From contig JBIPPH010000007.1 in NCBI GenBank assembly GCA_044368575.1, positions 1,180 to 65,179 of the forward strand: a stretch of DNA of 64,000 bases. Direction: 5' to 3'. This DNA comes from Bacteroidia bacterium (lineage in GTDB: Bacteria > Bacteroidota > Bacteroidia > NS11-12g > UBA955). This document shows, one piece after another, positions 29,037 through 39,115 of this stretch (within the stretch, counting starts at the first letter, position 1; each line of letters begins with the position of its first letter). The translations under genes were made by a program, and so were the position numbers. The notes under the pieces were generated by a model that made no database searches, was not told the origin of the DNA, and saw nothing but the letters and a program-made list of their open reading frames with translations.

Positions 29037-29545
29037 TTTTGTTCGAGGTAGTTTTTGAATCCTTTGTCTTCAAGTGCGGTTGCTTTGTTAAGCACCTCAT
29101 GCTCTTGATTTTTCATAAAGTTACTAATGCTCGCCCATACTTCAGGCTTGCCTACAGCAACGATTTTAGCGGCATATAAACCTGCGTTTTTAGCGCCGTT
29201 AATAGCCATAGTACCCACCGGAATACCAGGAGGCATTTGAACGATGCTGTATAATGAATCAACACCAGATAGGTTAGAAGATTTAATTGGTACACCAATT
29301 ACAGGGAGTTCAGTCATGCTAGCTGCCATGCCTGGTAAATGGGCTGCGCCACCTGCACCCGCAATGATACATGAGTAACCGTTGGCTTTGGCATTACTTG
29401 CACTTTCAAACAATCTGTTCGGTGTTCTGTGGGCGCTTACAATGGTTAAATCATAAGTGATTTTAAATTGATCTAAGATTTCAGCGGCTTCTTTCATCAC
29501 TGGAAGATCGCTGTCTGAGCCCATAATGATTAATACATCTTTCAT
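29033..29545 (-). CDS. purE: N5-carboxyaminoimidazole ribonucleotide mutase
   Basis: KDVLIIMGSDSDLPVM and GAGGAAHLPGM signature. Confidence 0.95.
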   Translation of the reverse strand: MKDVLIIMGSDSDLPVMKEAAEILDQFKITYDLTIVSAHRTPNRLFESASNAKANGYSCIIAGAGGAAHLPGMAASMTELPVIGVPIKSSNLSGVDSLYSIVQMPPGIPVGTMAINGAKNAGLYAAKIVAVGKPEVWASISNFMKNQEHEVLNKATALEDKGFKNYLEQK

Positions 29546-29583
29546 GCCTATTGATGGATTTATGTTTACAAAGATAGCGGAAA

Positions 29584-30747
29584 TTAAGCATTTGGAGCAG
29601 CAGCTCGCATGCCTAAATACTGTTTTATGGTTTTGAGTTTGTTTAACACAGCCTCTAAATCTTCACCCATAATGGTAATATGACCCATTTTACGCATAGG
29701 TTTAGTTTCTGCTTTATTGTATAGATGCACAAACACGCCTGGCATTGGTAGAATATGTTCTAAGCCGGTTAATTCATAAGGGCCATTCACAGATTCAAAG
29801 CCTAAAATATTCATCATAGCCGCTGCTTGAATCAAGCTTGTATCGCCCAAGGGCATGCCCAATAAAATCCTGTTCAATTGTTCGTATTGACTGGTGTAAC
29901 AGGCTTCAATTGTATGGTGGCCACTGTTGTGCGGTCTTGGTGCAATTTCATTCACTAAAATTTGACCATCTTGACTTAAAAACATTTCAACGGCAAAGAT
30001 GCCAACCCCATTAAGGCATTCTATACATTTTTGAGCTATGGCTTTGGCTGTCTGCTCTGTCGCTTCACTGATATTCGCCGGTGCAAATAAGATATCTACT
30101 AAATTGGCTTTAGGATCAAAGGCCATTTCAACTGTAGGGAAAGTGCAGATTTCGCCCTGCTCATTTCTGGCAACTATCACAGATAATTCTATGGCATTCT
30201 CAACAAATTCTTCAAGCACTACTGCACCTTCAAATGGTATTTTACCGTGTTGTTCAATATCAACCTTATTCACCAATTCAACGCCTTTGCCATCGTAGCC
30301 ACCTTTTCGGAGTTTGGCAGCCACTTTATGCCCTTTCAAAGCTGGTAATTTTGCGGCCCATTCACTTGCATTGTCAACCAATTCAAAAGGACTGCTCGGA
30401 ATGTTATTGGCTTTGAAAAACAATTTCTGTAAACCTTTGTCTTGAATGATGCTTAGTATTTTAGGCGATGGAATGATTTTATGTCCTTGCGCCTCAAGTT
30501 CAAGCAAAGCCTCTACATTAATGTGTTCGATTTCATAGGTTAAAACATCAGACTGCAAAGCCAATGCTTTTATTTTTTCAGCATCTTGCAGAGACCCAAC
30601 AATATGCTGATTGGCAATGTCTTTAGCCGGGGCATTGTCCATTTCTAAAATGGTGTAATGAATGTTCCATGGTTGGCCTGCTTCAATGAGCATTTTGCCC
30701 AATTGTCCGCCACCAATAATGCCTATAGAAGTTTTAGAGGGTAACAT
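29584..30747 (-). CDS. purK: N5-carboxyaminoimidazole ribonucleotide synthase
   Basis: GIIGGGQLGKML N-terminus, ATP-grasp motifs, and a location just upstream of purE. Confidence 0.9.
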   Translation of the reverse strand: MLPSKTSIGIIGGGQLGKMLIEAGQPWNIHYTILEMDNAPAKDIANQHIVGSLQDAEKIKALALQSDVLTYEIEHINVEALLELEAQGHKIIPSPKILSIIQDKGLQKLFFKANNIPSSPFELVDNASEWAAKLPALKGHKVAAKLRKGGYDGKGVELVNKVDIEQHGKIPFEGAVVLEEFVENAIELSVIVARNEQGEICTFPTVEMAFDPKANLVDILFAPANISEATEQTAKAIAQKCIECLNGVGIFAVEMFLSQDGQILVNEIAPRPHNSGHHTIEACYTSQYEQLNRILLGMPLGDTSLIQAAAMMNILGFESVNGPYELTGLEHILPMPGVFVHLYNKAETKPMRKMGHITIMGEDLEAVLNKLKTIKQYLGMRAAAPNA

Positions 30748-30770
30748 GAATGTGCAGCAAAAATAACCTT

Positions 30771-32204
30771 TTATTGTTTTGGTAGAATCTGATACAGGTA
30801 ATTTTCTCCATATAAACTTTCAAAGGAGTCTACAGCTTGCAATGTATGGTGTTCAAACACTTGTGTTTTTTGATCAAGCCAGGCAGCCCTTGACCACTTA
30901 CTCATGCGATACCCATAATCTGTATAAGCCTTGTTGTTTGAAGTACTATCTATACCATCAAACGCGGTTATGGGATGTAATTTATAAGTGTGATGGAATC
31001 CAAATTTTTCACAGAGTCTATTGTCAATCAAAGGTTTTTGGGTTAAATAATAATCAGCTTGCGGCGCTCGCTCAATAAAATTAATGATCTGAGCAATCGG
31101 TTGTGTATTCAAAAAAGCGTTGGGCCACAAACCAAAAACAGTGTTCCAGGTTAATAACCCAATGATCAGCATGGTATGGCTTTGACTTATTGGAGCGTCA
31201 AAGTGTTGAACCAGGTAAAAGACAAATAGGCAAGGCAACATGGCTAAAAATTCTGCATTGCCATCAGATACAAATGCAAATAATATATGCAATACTATGG
31301 CGATCACAATCCAAGGTCTACTTATATGCTCTGTCTTATTTTTATGCGTTGACTTCAGTATTTTAATGCTGTTAATGCCGATTGCGGTCAAGGCTGGTAA
31401 AGCAATACAGGCTAAGCCGGCATGTTGTTCTAGAATAGTCCAAATAAGCCCGTGAATCTGAATAAATGATCTTACACAATTAATGCCTGTTAGGGCCAAG
31501 TTATTCATCGACCAATGGATATGGGCGTGCTCATTTAAATACTCACCCAATACCAAAGATTGAAGTGTCCATGCATTCGAAAAATAAGCGACTAAAGCAT
31601 AGGAGAGGGGCACCAATGTCAATCCTAATACAAAGGCAAGACTTTTCTTTGTTAGGCCATCTGCATACAAGGTAGTGCTCAATAGGGCCAAGGTCCACCA
31701 AATTTGAACCTGATGCAACAGTATACTCATACTGCATAGAAGACCTGTCACCAACAAATAAAGGAATGGTCTGTTCTGCTGTTTATCATAGTAATAGGTT
31801 GCCAGCAAACTAAAGCAAATGGGTAAAATATAAGTTTCAGCAGAGCTGGCAAATCGCATCATTGAAAAACAAGCGCCTACAAAGGCCATAGATACAAGCG
31901 CTGTTTTGTAGGACTTCCCCCACTGCAACAAAATGGCGTATACCGTGTATAGTGCAACGCCCGCGCCTAAACTATTTAACAATTGAATGCTTCTGAGTGG
32001 AGCAATGGGTAGTTTTATAAAGCATAAGCATTTCCAAAAACACCATTGAACGGCATTGAACAATAAATGATGCGCTTGCCAAATTTGATCTTGATGTTTT
32101 ATGCTGGCCGCGTAAAACCAAGCATCAATACCCTCGTTTTGATTGGCAAATATCCCATACAGGATTGCAAAACCAATTGCCAATATTAAGGGTAGGGGTT
32201 TCAT
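30771..32204 (-). CDS. 12-TM integral membrane protein of unknown function, translationally coupled to the GGGPS-family gene
   Basis: 477 aa, highly hydrophobic. Its ATG overlaps the TAA of the upstream pcrB-like gene (TAATG at 32202-32206). Confidence 0.6.
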   Translation of the reverse strand: MKPLPLILAIGFAILYGIFANQNEGIDAWFYAASIKHQDQIWQAHHLLFNAVQWCFWKCLCFIKLPIAPLRSIQLLNSLGAGVALYTVYAILLQWGKSYKTALVSMAFVGACFSMMRFASSAETYILPICFSLLATYYYDKQQNRPFLYLLVTGLLCSMSILLHQVQIWWTLALLSTTLYADGLTKKSLAFVLGLTLVPLSYALVAYFSNAWTLQSLVLGEYLNEHAHIHWSMNNLALTGINCVRSFIQIHGLIWTILEQHAGLACIALPALTAIGINSIKILKSTHKNKTEHISRPWIVIAIVLHILFAFVSDGNAEFLAMLPCLFVFYLVQHFDAPISQSHTMLIIGLLTWNTVFGLWPNAFLNTQPIAQIINFIERAPQADYYLTQKPLIDNRLCEKFGFHHTYKLHPITAFDGIDSTSNNKAYTDYGYRMSKWSRAAWLDQKTQVFEHHTLQAVDSFESLYGENYLYQILPKQ

Positions 32205-32947
32205 TAAGCAATCGAATCAATCAATGCTTGTTTAGCGTTCGCAATACTTTGAATCAATTGGTGATTGTCTTCTACACCATTACCTATCACTAAAACATCG
32301 GCACCAGCTTTATATAGTTGAATAGCTGTTTCTGCGCTACGAATACCACCGCCAATAATCAAAGGTAAACCTGTGTTTTGTTTAACTTTTTCAATCATTT
32401 TTGGTGCAATTGGTGCAAAGGCGCCACTGCCGGCATCCATGTATATACATTGCATGCCCAACATTTTACCCGCTAGAGCAGTTGCTACTGCAATATTGTA
32501 TTTGTCTGCAGGAATTGGTTTGGTATTGCTCATATAGCTTACACTGGTTTCTCTTCCGCCATCTATCAATAGATAAGCGGTAGGCAGAATATCCAAATTG
32601 GTTTGAGCCAAATATGGAGCAGCCACTACTTGTTTGCCAATTAAATATTCTGGATTGCGACCACTCAATAAAGATAAAAAGAGAATACCATCTGCATTGG
32701 GGTCAACCATCATCTCATTCCCAGGAAATAAATACACCAATCCTTTATAATAGGTTTTGATGGTTTGTATACACTTGGTCAATTGATTGCCTCCCACCAA
32801 GCTGCCACCTACAAAAATAAAATCCACTTGATTGTCTGCACAGAGTTGTGCAATATTTGCTACAGCTTCTGCGTTTTGATCTGGGTCAATTAATATGGCC
32901 AGTGATTTTTTTAGTGATGCTTGTACTTCCAATAAAAATGTTTTCAT
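32204..32947 (-). CDS. Geranylgeranylglyceryl/heptaprenylglyceryl phosphate synthase family protein (PcrB/GGGPS)
   Basis: C-terminal phosphate-binding block PLIIGGGIRSAETAIQLYKAGADVLVIGN and the (beta/alpha)8 GGGPS pattern. Start set at the MKTFLLEV ATG at 32947; the ORF-track extension to 33007 is probably spurious. Confidence 0.75.
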   Translation of the reverse strand: MKTFLLEVQASLKKSLAILIDPDQNAEAVANIAQLCADNQVDFIFVGGSLVGGNQLTKCIQTIKTYYKGLVYLFPGNEMMVDPNADGILFLSLLSGRNPEYLIGKQVVAAPYLAQTNLDILPTAYLLIDGGRETSVSYMSNTKPIPADKYNIAVATALAGKMLGMQCIYMDAGSGAFAPIAPKMIEKVKQNTGLPLIIGGGIRSAETAIQLYKAGADVLVIGNGVEDNHQLIQSIANAKQALIDSIA

Positions 32948-33196
32948 AAAACTCAGAAACACTATATTTAATGAGGGTAAAGGTAATGCAAAAAATGAAA
33001 ATATCAAGTAAATATTGGGCCTTTTTTGTTTTCAACATTGCCCTTATATAGAAGGATTGGGGTTTTACCAATTCTGTGGAAAAGTCCTTTTCATTTTCTA
33101 GTTTTAGTATGACTAGATTTGAAGGACTTCTTTGCAAAAAATGCATCGAAGTCATTTTTGTTTTTACAACTATTTATACAATAACAACTACCATAT

Positions 33197-36100
33197 ATGC
33201 AGCCAAATTTTGACCAAATGAAGAAGGGCCTCAAGTTCACCAGGCTCAACACAAAGGAGAATGTGTCTCCTTTCGATCAGTTTACTTACGAGTACCGCAC
33301 ATCGGTGATTAAAAACCCTACCGGTGATGTTGTATTTGAAATGAAGAACGTAGAGATTCCTAGTAGCTGGAGTCAAGTAGCAACAGACATCGTTGCTCAA
33401 AAATATTTTAGAAAAGCTGGGGTACCTCAAGCAGACGGAACGCTTGGTGGCGAAACCAGTGTTAAACAAGTAGCTCATCGTTTAGCTGACTGTTGGAGAC
33501 AATGGGGCGAAAAGTATGGTTACTTTGCATCTACAGAGGATGCTCAAATTTTTTATGAAGAATTGGTGTACTCTATTTTGGCTCAACAGTCTGCACCAAA
33601 CTCTCCACAATGGTTCAATACAGGTTTGCACAGCACATATGGTATTACTGGCAAACCACAAGGACACTATTACGTAGACCCTGACACTGAAAAGTTGATG
33701 CGTTCTACATCTGCATATGAAAGACCACAACCACATGCTTGTTTTATATTATCAGTTGATGACGACTTAGTGAACGAAGGCGGTATCATGGATTTATGGG
33801 TACGTGAAGCAAGAATTTTTAAATATGGTAGCGGTGTTGGTACTAACTTCTCTAGAATCAGAGGTGCTGGTGAAAAATTATCAGGTGGTGGAACATCATC
33901 TGGCTTAATGTCATTCCTTAAAATTGGTGACAGAGCAGCTGGTGCTATCAAATCTGGTGGTACTACAAGAAGAGCAGCTAAAATGGTTTGCTTGGATTTA
34001 GATCACCCTGAAATCATGAACTTCGTTAACTGGAAAAAGCATGAAGAGCGCAAAGTTGCTGCTTTAATTGCTGCTGGTTACCCAAGCGATTATGAAGGCG
34101 AAGCATATGCAACTGTTTCTGGTCAAAACTCTAACAACTCAGTTCGTATTCCAAATAAATTCTTTGAAGCATTAAAACAAAATAGCAACTGGGATTTAAT
34201 TGGTAGAAGCAACAATCAACCAGTAGCCAGCTTGCCTGCTAAAGAAGTATGGGATGCAATCGGCGATGCTGCTTGGGCTTGTGCTGACCCTGGTGTACAA
34301 TACGATGATACCATCAACGAATGGCATACTTGTCCTGAAGGTGGTAGAATCAATGCTTCTAACCCATGTTCAGAATACATGTTCCTTGACAACACAGCTT
34401 GTAACTTAGCTTCATTGAATTTAATGAAATTCTTTGATGCTGATAAATTGGAATTTGATATCGTATCTTATGAATATGCTATCCGCTTATGGACAGTAGT
34501 ATTAGAAGTATCAGTATTGATGGCTCAGTTCCCTAGCCAAGAAGTGGCTCAATTGAGTTATGACTATAGAACTTTAGGTTTAGGTTATGCCAACTTAGGC
34601 GCCTTGTTAATGGTGTCTGGTATTCCTTATGATAGCCCTAAAGCATCTGCTATTTGTGGTGCTTTAACCTCTATCTTAACTGGTCAAGCATATGCTACAA
34701 GTGCTGAAATGGCTGCCGCTAAGGGTCCATTCAGAATGTATGAAAAGAACAAAAAGCACATGATGCGTGTAATGCGTAACCACCGTTATGCTGCCTATAA
34801 CACACCATTGGCTTACGAAGGATTAAGCGTACCAGCAGTTGGTATCGATCCTCAATACTGTCCAGAGGATTTGTTAAGATCAGCTTGCAATGCATGGGAT
34901 AAAGCTTTAATGTTCGGTGAAAAATTTGGTTACAGAAATGCTCAATCAACAGTAATCGCACCAACAGGTACTATTGGTTTAGTAATGGATTGTGATACCA
35001 CTGGTATTGAACCTGACTTCGCCTTGGTTAAATTCAAAAAATTAAGTGGTGGTGGTTATTTCAAAATCATCAACCAAGCTGTACCTGCAGCCTTAAAAAC
35101 TTTGGGTTACACTACTGAAGAATCTGAAGCCATCATCAATTATGCTAAAGGTCACGCAACACTTAAAAATGCCCCTTTCATTAACCATGAAACATTGGCA
35201 GCAAAAGGCTTTACTGCTAAAGACATCGAATTAATTGAAAGCCAATTAGAGCGTGCATTTGATATTGATTTCGTATTCAACGTATTCACTCTAGGCGAAG
35301 AGACTATTAGCCGTTTAGGTTTCTCTGAAGCACAATACAATGAAAATAGCTTCAACTTGTTAAGAGCACTTGGCTTTAAAGCTGCCGAAATTGAAGCTGC
35401 TAACGAATACGTTACTGGTACTATGACCATCGAAGGTGCACCATTCTTAAAAGAAGAGCACTACCCAGTGTTTGATACTGCTAATAAGTGTGGCAATAAA
35501 GGAACTCGTTTCTTACATGCACATTCTCACATCAGAATGATGGCTGCTGCTCAACCATTCATTTCAGGTGCCATTTCTAAAACCATCAATTTGCCAAATG
35601 AGGCTTCAGTTGAAGACATCAAATCTTGCTACGAATTGAGCTGGAGATTAGGCTTAAAAGCCAATGCATTGTACAGAGATGGTTGTAAATTATCTCAACC
35701 ATTGTCAAACAAATCTGATAAGAAGGTTGAAGAATCTACTCCAGTGAGCGATACAGTTGAAGCTGTTGAAAAAGCAGTAGGCGTATCAGGTAGCACTCGT
35801 GTAGAAGATTTGACGCCAGAAATCGTATTAGAAGCCGCTCGTTTAATCATTAACAGCAGCAATAACCAAGCTTTCAAACAACAGTTGTCAAATATTGCTA
35901 CTCGTAAAGTATTGCCAAACAAACGCAAAGGCTTTACGCAAAAATCAAAAATTGATGGCAACACAGTTTTTGTTAGAACTGGTGAATACGAAGATGGCAC
36001 ATTAGGTGAAGTATTCATTGATATGCACAAAGAAGGCGCTAGCTTCCGTTCATTGATGAACTGTTTTGCTATTGCTGTATCAATCGGTTTACAGTACGGT

Positions 36101-36517
36101 GTTCCATTGGAAGAGTACTACGACAAGTTCACATTCAGCAGATTTGAACCAAGTGGTATGGTTGAAGGTCACGCCAACATCAAATCATCAACTTCAGTGG
36201 TTGACTATATTTTCAGATTGTTAGGTTTTGAATACTTAGACCGTCAAGAAGCATTACACATTAAACCAAAAGTAGTTGATGAAGTAACGCCAGTTGACAC
36301 CAATTACAACTTAGCTCAAAACGAAATTGCACCTGTTGTTGTTGAAGCCAGTGTTGCGATTCCATCTGCAGCTACTTCACCAAAAGCAGTTAAGAAAACC
36401 AATTTGCCTCCTAGTATGGGCGATGCCCCAGCATGTAAGAGCTGCGGAAACATCACCGTAAGATCAGGCACTTGTTATACCTGTTTGACTTGTGGTACTA
36501 CTAGCGGATGTAGCTAA
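33197..36517 (+). CDS. nrdJ: Adenosylcobalamin-dependent ribonucleotide reductase (class II, NrdJ)
   Basis: 1106 aa. Active-site NPCSEYMFLDNTACNLASLNL block and a C-terminal Zn-ribbon CKSCG...CYTCLTCG. Confidence 0.85.
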   Translation: MQPNFDQMKKGLKFTRLNTKENVSPFDQFTYEYRTSVIKNPTGDVVFEMKNVEIPSSWSQVATDIVAQKYFRKAGVPQADGTLGGETSVKQVAHRLADCWRQWGEKYGYFASTEDAQIFYEELVYSILAQQSAPNSPQWFNTGLHSTYGITGKPQGHYYVDPDTEKLMRSTSAYERPQPHACFILSVDDDLVNEGGIMDLWVREARIFKYGSGVGTNFSRIRGAGEKLSGGGTSSGLMSFLKIGDRAAGAIKSGGTTRRAAKMVCLDLDHPEIMNFVNWKKHEERKVAALIAAGYPSDYEGEAYATVSGQNSNNSVRIPNKFFEALKQNSNWDLIGRSNNQPVASLPAKEVWDAIGDAAWACADPGVQYDDTINEWHTCPEGGRINASNPCSEYMFLDNTACNLASLNLMKFFDADKLEFDIVSYEYAIRLWTVVLEVSVLMAQFPSQEVAQLSYDYRTLGLGYANLGALLMVSGIPYDSPKASAICGALTSILTGQAYATSAEMAAAKGPFRMYEKNKKHMMRVMRNHRYAAYNTPLAYEGLSVPAVGIDPQYCPEDLLRSACNAWDKALMFGEKFGYRNAQSTVIAPTGTIGLVMDCDTTGIEPDFALVKFKKLSGGGYFKIINQAVPAALKTLGYTTEESEAIINYAKGHATLKNAPFINHETLAAKGFTAKDIELIESQLERAFDIDFVFNVFTLGEETISRLGFSEAQYNENSFNLLRALGFKAAEIEAANEYVTGTMTIEGAPFLKEEHYPVFDTANKCGNKGTRFLHAHSHIRMMAAAQPFISGAISKTINLPNEASVEDIKSCYELSWRLGLKANALYRDGCKLSQPLSNKSDKKVEESTPVSDTVEAVEKAVGVSGSTRVEDLTPEIVLEAARLIINSSNNQAFKQQLSNIATRKVLPNKRKGFTQKSKIDGNTVFVRTGEYEDGTLGEVFIDMHKEGASFRSLMNCFAIAVSIGLQYGVPLEEYYDKFTFSRFEPSGMVEGHANIKSSTSVVDYIFRLLGFEYLDRQEALHIKPKVVDEVTPVDTNYNLAQNEIAPVVVEASVAIPSAATSPKAVKKTNLPPSMGDAPACKSCGNITVRSGTCYTCLTCGTTSGCS

Positions 36518-36541
36518 ACCACAACGCACTTAAAAATTAAA

Positions 36542-36567
36542 GGAGCATAGTTTATGCTCCTTTTTTT
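36542..36567 (+). terminator. Rho-independent terminator after nrdJ
   Basis: Perfect 8-bp stem GGAGCATA/TATGCTCC with a 3-nt loop, followed by a T7 run. Confidence 0.85.
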
Positions 36568-36582
36568 ATGTAAATTGCTATT

Positions 36583-38463
36583 GTGAAACACTTCATATTA
36601 CTACTAACTTGGCTTTCGGTTGGCTGTTTGCAGGCTGTATTGGTGCCCAATGTGGATTCCATAAAAATGGCTGATGGTAAATCCTTAGCCGCTGATGTTT
36701 ACATCCCAAATGGCATGACTCAGGGGCCTGTAATACTTATTCAAACGCCCTACAATCGTCAAGCCTACAGATTTGGGGGTTTACCTTTGGGCATAGGAAT
36801 GAATCTCCAAAACAGTGCTTATATTATTGTGATTACAGATTGGCGTGGTTTTTACGGCTCCGCAAAATCGGCCTATTTAGGCAGTCCTGATAGAACATCA
36901 GACGCCTATGCAACAGTAGAATGGATAGCAGCACAAACATGGAGCAATGGCAAAGTGGGTACTTGGGGGCCTTCAGCTTTAGGTAAGATACAATTTCAAA
37001 CCGCTAAACGACAACCCCCTCATTTAACTTGTATTTGTCCTTTGGTGGCTGCGCCTCAATTCAATTATTCAGAATACTATCCCAATGGTTGTTTAAGAAC
37101 AGAATATGTTGAACAATTGGATCAATTGGGCTTTGGCTTAAGCAATTTTTTATTGTCTCATCCCTATAAAGACAACCTTTGGAATTATACTGAAGCGGTT
37201 AATACCTATCCAGACAGCATTCAAGTACCTTGTTTGATGATTGGCGGATGGTATGATCACAATACTGATTTAATGCTTGATTTTTTTGGGCAATTACAAC
37301 AAAAATCACCGTTGAATGTTAGAGATAAGCACCGTTTAATTATGGGCCCTTGGGCACATGGAGGCCACGGCACAGCAAAGGTTGGCTCAAAGAATCAAGG
37401 TGAGCTTAACTATCCCAATGCTGAGAATTACAGCGATAGTATGGCCCTACTGTTTTTTGATTATTATTTAAGAGGCTTGAACAATATGTGGCGGAACACA
37501 ACTGCTTTTACTTGCTACGATTTGGGTACTATGTCATGGACTAAATCTAATCAATGGCCAGAAGTGCCTACGTCAATTAATACCTGGTATTTCAATAAAA
37601 ATGGGCGATTAACACTAGCAAAACCACAAACTAATCAAGACAGTTTTAAGTATCAGTTCAATCCTTTACAGCCTTCAAATACTTTAGGCGGCTCCACCCT
37701 CAGAACGGATTTAGATCAAGGTCCCTATGATCAAAGACCTATAGAAGACAACCTGACTGCTTTTAGTTTCGAAACGGATGCACTCACAGATTTTGTCGCT
37801 TTATCTGGAGCTGTTAAAGTCCACTTAAAAGTCAGTTCAGATCAATTGGACACTGATTTTGATATCAGATTGGTGGATGTTTACCCTGATGGCCGTTCAA
37901 TGTTATTGAATGATGCTGCTTATCGTATGCGGTTTAGAAATGGGTTTACTGCAGCAGCAGTGAGTATGATGCAAGCCGGTAAGGTATACGATTGTACCAT
38001 CACTTTACCCAATACCAACAATGTCTTTTTGAAGGGGCATAGAATCAAAATTATTCTTTCATCGAGCAATTACCCCAAATACAATCGCAATATGAACAAT
38101 GGTGCAGAGATGTATCCAGGCAAAAGCACGGATTCTTTACTCAATCCATTAACCGCCAACAATGTGATTTATATGAATGCCGTTCAGTCTTCTTACATTG
38201 AAATGCCTTGTAAGCCCAATATTAGTGGACTAGAAGCTGATCACTTGGAAGCCTATTCGATTTATCCAGTTCCTGTATCAAATACCTTAACTATCAATAT
38301 AGATAATATACAACAAAATGCTTATTATCAATTATATAACGCATATGGTCAATGTATTGCAACAGGACTATTACAAGACCAAACTTTAGATTGTAGTTTA
38401 CTTCATGCTGGCCAATATTGGATCAATATTCAAGGTCAGTCTTTAAGATTTATAAAATTATAA
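36583..38463 (+). CDS. CocE/NonD family alpha/beta hydrolase (S15 X-Pro dipeptidyl-peptidase-like) with T9SS C-terminal domain
   Basis: 626 aa with a signal peptide. Hydrolase core with a GPWAHGGHG region. C-terminal CTD (YSIYPVPVSNTLTINI...GQYWINI...). GTG start. Confidence 0.7.
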   Translation: MKHFILLLTWLSVGCLQAVLVPNVDSIKMADGKSLAADVYIPNGMTQGPVILIQTPYNRQAYRFGGLPLGIGMNLQNSAYIIVITDWRGFYGSAKSAYLGSPDRTSDAYATVEWIAAQTWSNGKVGTWGPSALGKIQFQTAKRQPPHLTCICPLVAAPQFNYSEYYPNGCLRTEYVEQLDQLGFGLSNFLLSHPYKDNLWNYTEAVNTYPDSIQVPCLMIGGWYDHNTDLMLDFFGQLQQKSPLNVRDKHRLIMGPWAHGGHGTAKVGSKNQGELNYPNAENYSDSMALLFFDYYLRGLNNMWRNTTAFTCYDLGTMSWTKSNQWPEVPTSINTWYFNKNGRLTLAKPQTNQDSFKYQFNPLQPSNTLGGSTLRTDLDQGPYDQRPIEDNLTAFSFETDALTDFVALSGAVKVHLKVSSDQLDTDFDIRLVDVYPDGRSMLLNDAAYRMRFRNGFTAAAVSMMQAGKVYDCTITLPNTNNVFLKGHRIKIILSSSNYPKYNRNMNNGAEMYPGKSTDSLLNPLTANNVIYMNAVQSSYIEMPCKPNISGLEADHLEAYSIYPVPVSNTLTINIDNIQQNAYYQLYNAYGQCIATGLLQDQTLDCSLLHAGQYWINIQGQSLRFIKL

Positions 38464-39063
38464 ATTCAAATATTCGTCTTCTTGAGCAGACGCTTCTCCC
38501 TCATAAATAGGCTCATGGTTTTGGGGGCCTTGATGCCTATAGGCAATAGCTAGGAAGCTCCCAACAATGCCTCCCATTAAATGACTTTCCCAACTGATGC
38601 TTTCTTCCAATGGAAATACACCCCAAATTAAGCCGCTCTGAAACACCAAACAGATCAGGGCAAATACGCTTAGTTTTTTGTTTTTTCTAATCACCCCACT
38701 GATTACTACAAAAAACACCAAAGCGTAAACCATACCACTGGCGCCAATATGAAAGGCTGAACGGGCAAAGCACCAAGTGAGTATACCGGTGCCCAAATGG
38801 GCTATCAGGGTAACTTTAAGGGCAATGTTTTTATAGAAATAAAACAAACCAATGATGGCTACGAAAAACGGCAAGTAATTAGAACTCAAATGCTCTAGAT
38901 CCTTGTGCACAAAAATGGTTGTAATGATGCCAAGCAAATAATGAAAAGATCTAGGAAACAAGGCAAATTGGTGTTTAAGGTCTGGCCATAAAATCCCCAT
39001 AGGAAAGGCCATTAGCAAAGCCATTAAATAGAGCGTAGGCCAGATAAAACTGTTTTTAGACAA
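38458..39063 (-). CDS. Rhomboid family intramembrane serine protease
   Basis: 6 TMs. GASGMVYAL catalytic Ser motif with a downstream His (WESHLMGG) in the last TM. Confidence 0.75.
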   Translation of the reverse strand: MSKNSFIWPTLYLMALLMAFPMGILWPDLKHQFALFPRSFHYLLGIITTIFVHKDLEHLSSNYLPFFVAIIGLFYFYKNIALKVTLIAHLGTGILTWCFARSAFHIGASGMVYALVFFVVISGVIRKNKKLSVFALICLVFQSGLIWGVFPLEESISWESHLMGGIVGSFLAIAYRHQGPQNHEPIYEGEASAQEDEYLNL

Positions 39064-39115
39064 CTGTGACCAATTTTAATTGGCAATATAGAATTATTTT
39101 CTGAATATTGAATGA

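Noticed and set aside
33008-33196. Cobalamin riboswitch upstream of the B12-dependent RNR
   Set aside because: No B12-box-like conserved core was recognisable. A B12-repressing riboswitch would also be functionally illogical for a B12-requiring enzyme. The region is kept only as an unexplained structured leader.
32886-33478. ORFs 32886-33155 (-) and 33188-33478 (-) in or near the nrdJ leader and 5' end
   Set aside because: The first overlaps the spurious 5' extension of the pcrB-like gene and has low-complexity content. The second is antisense to the well-supported nrdJ N-terminus.
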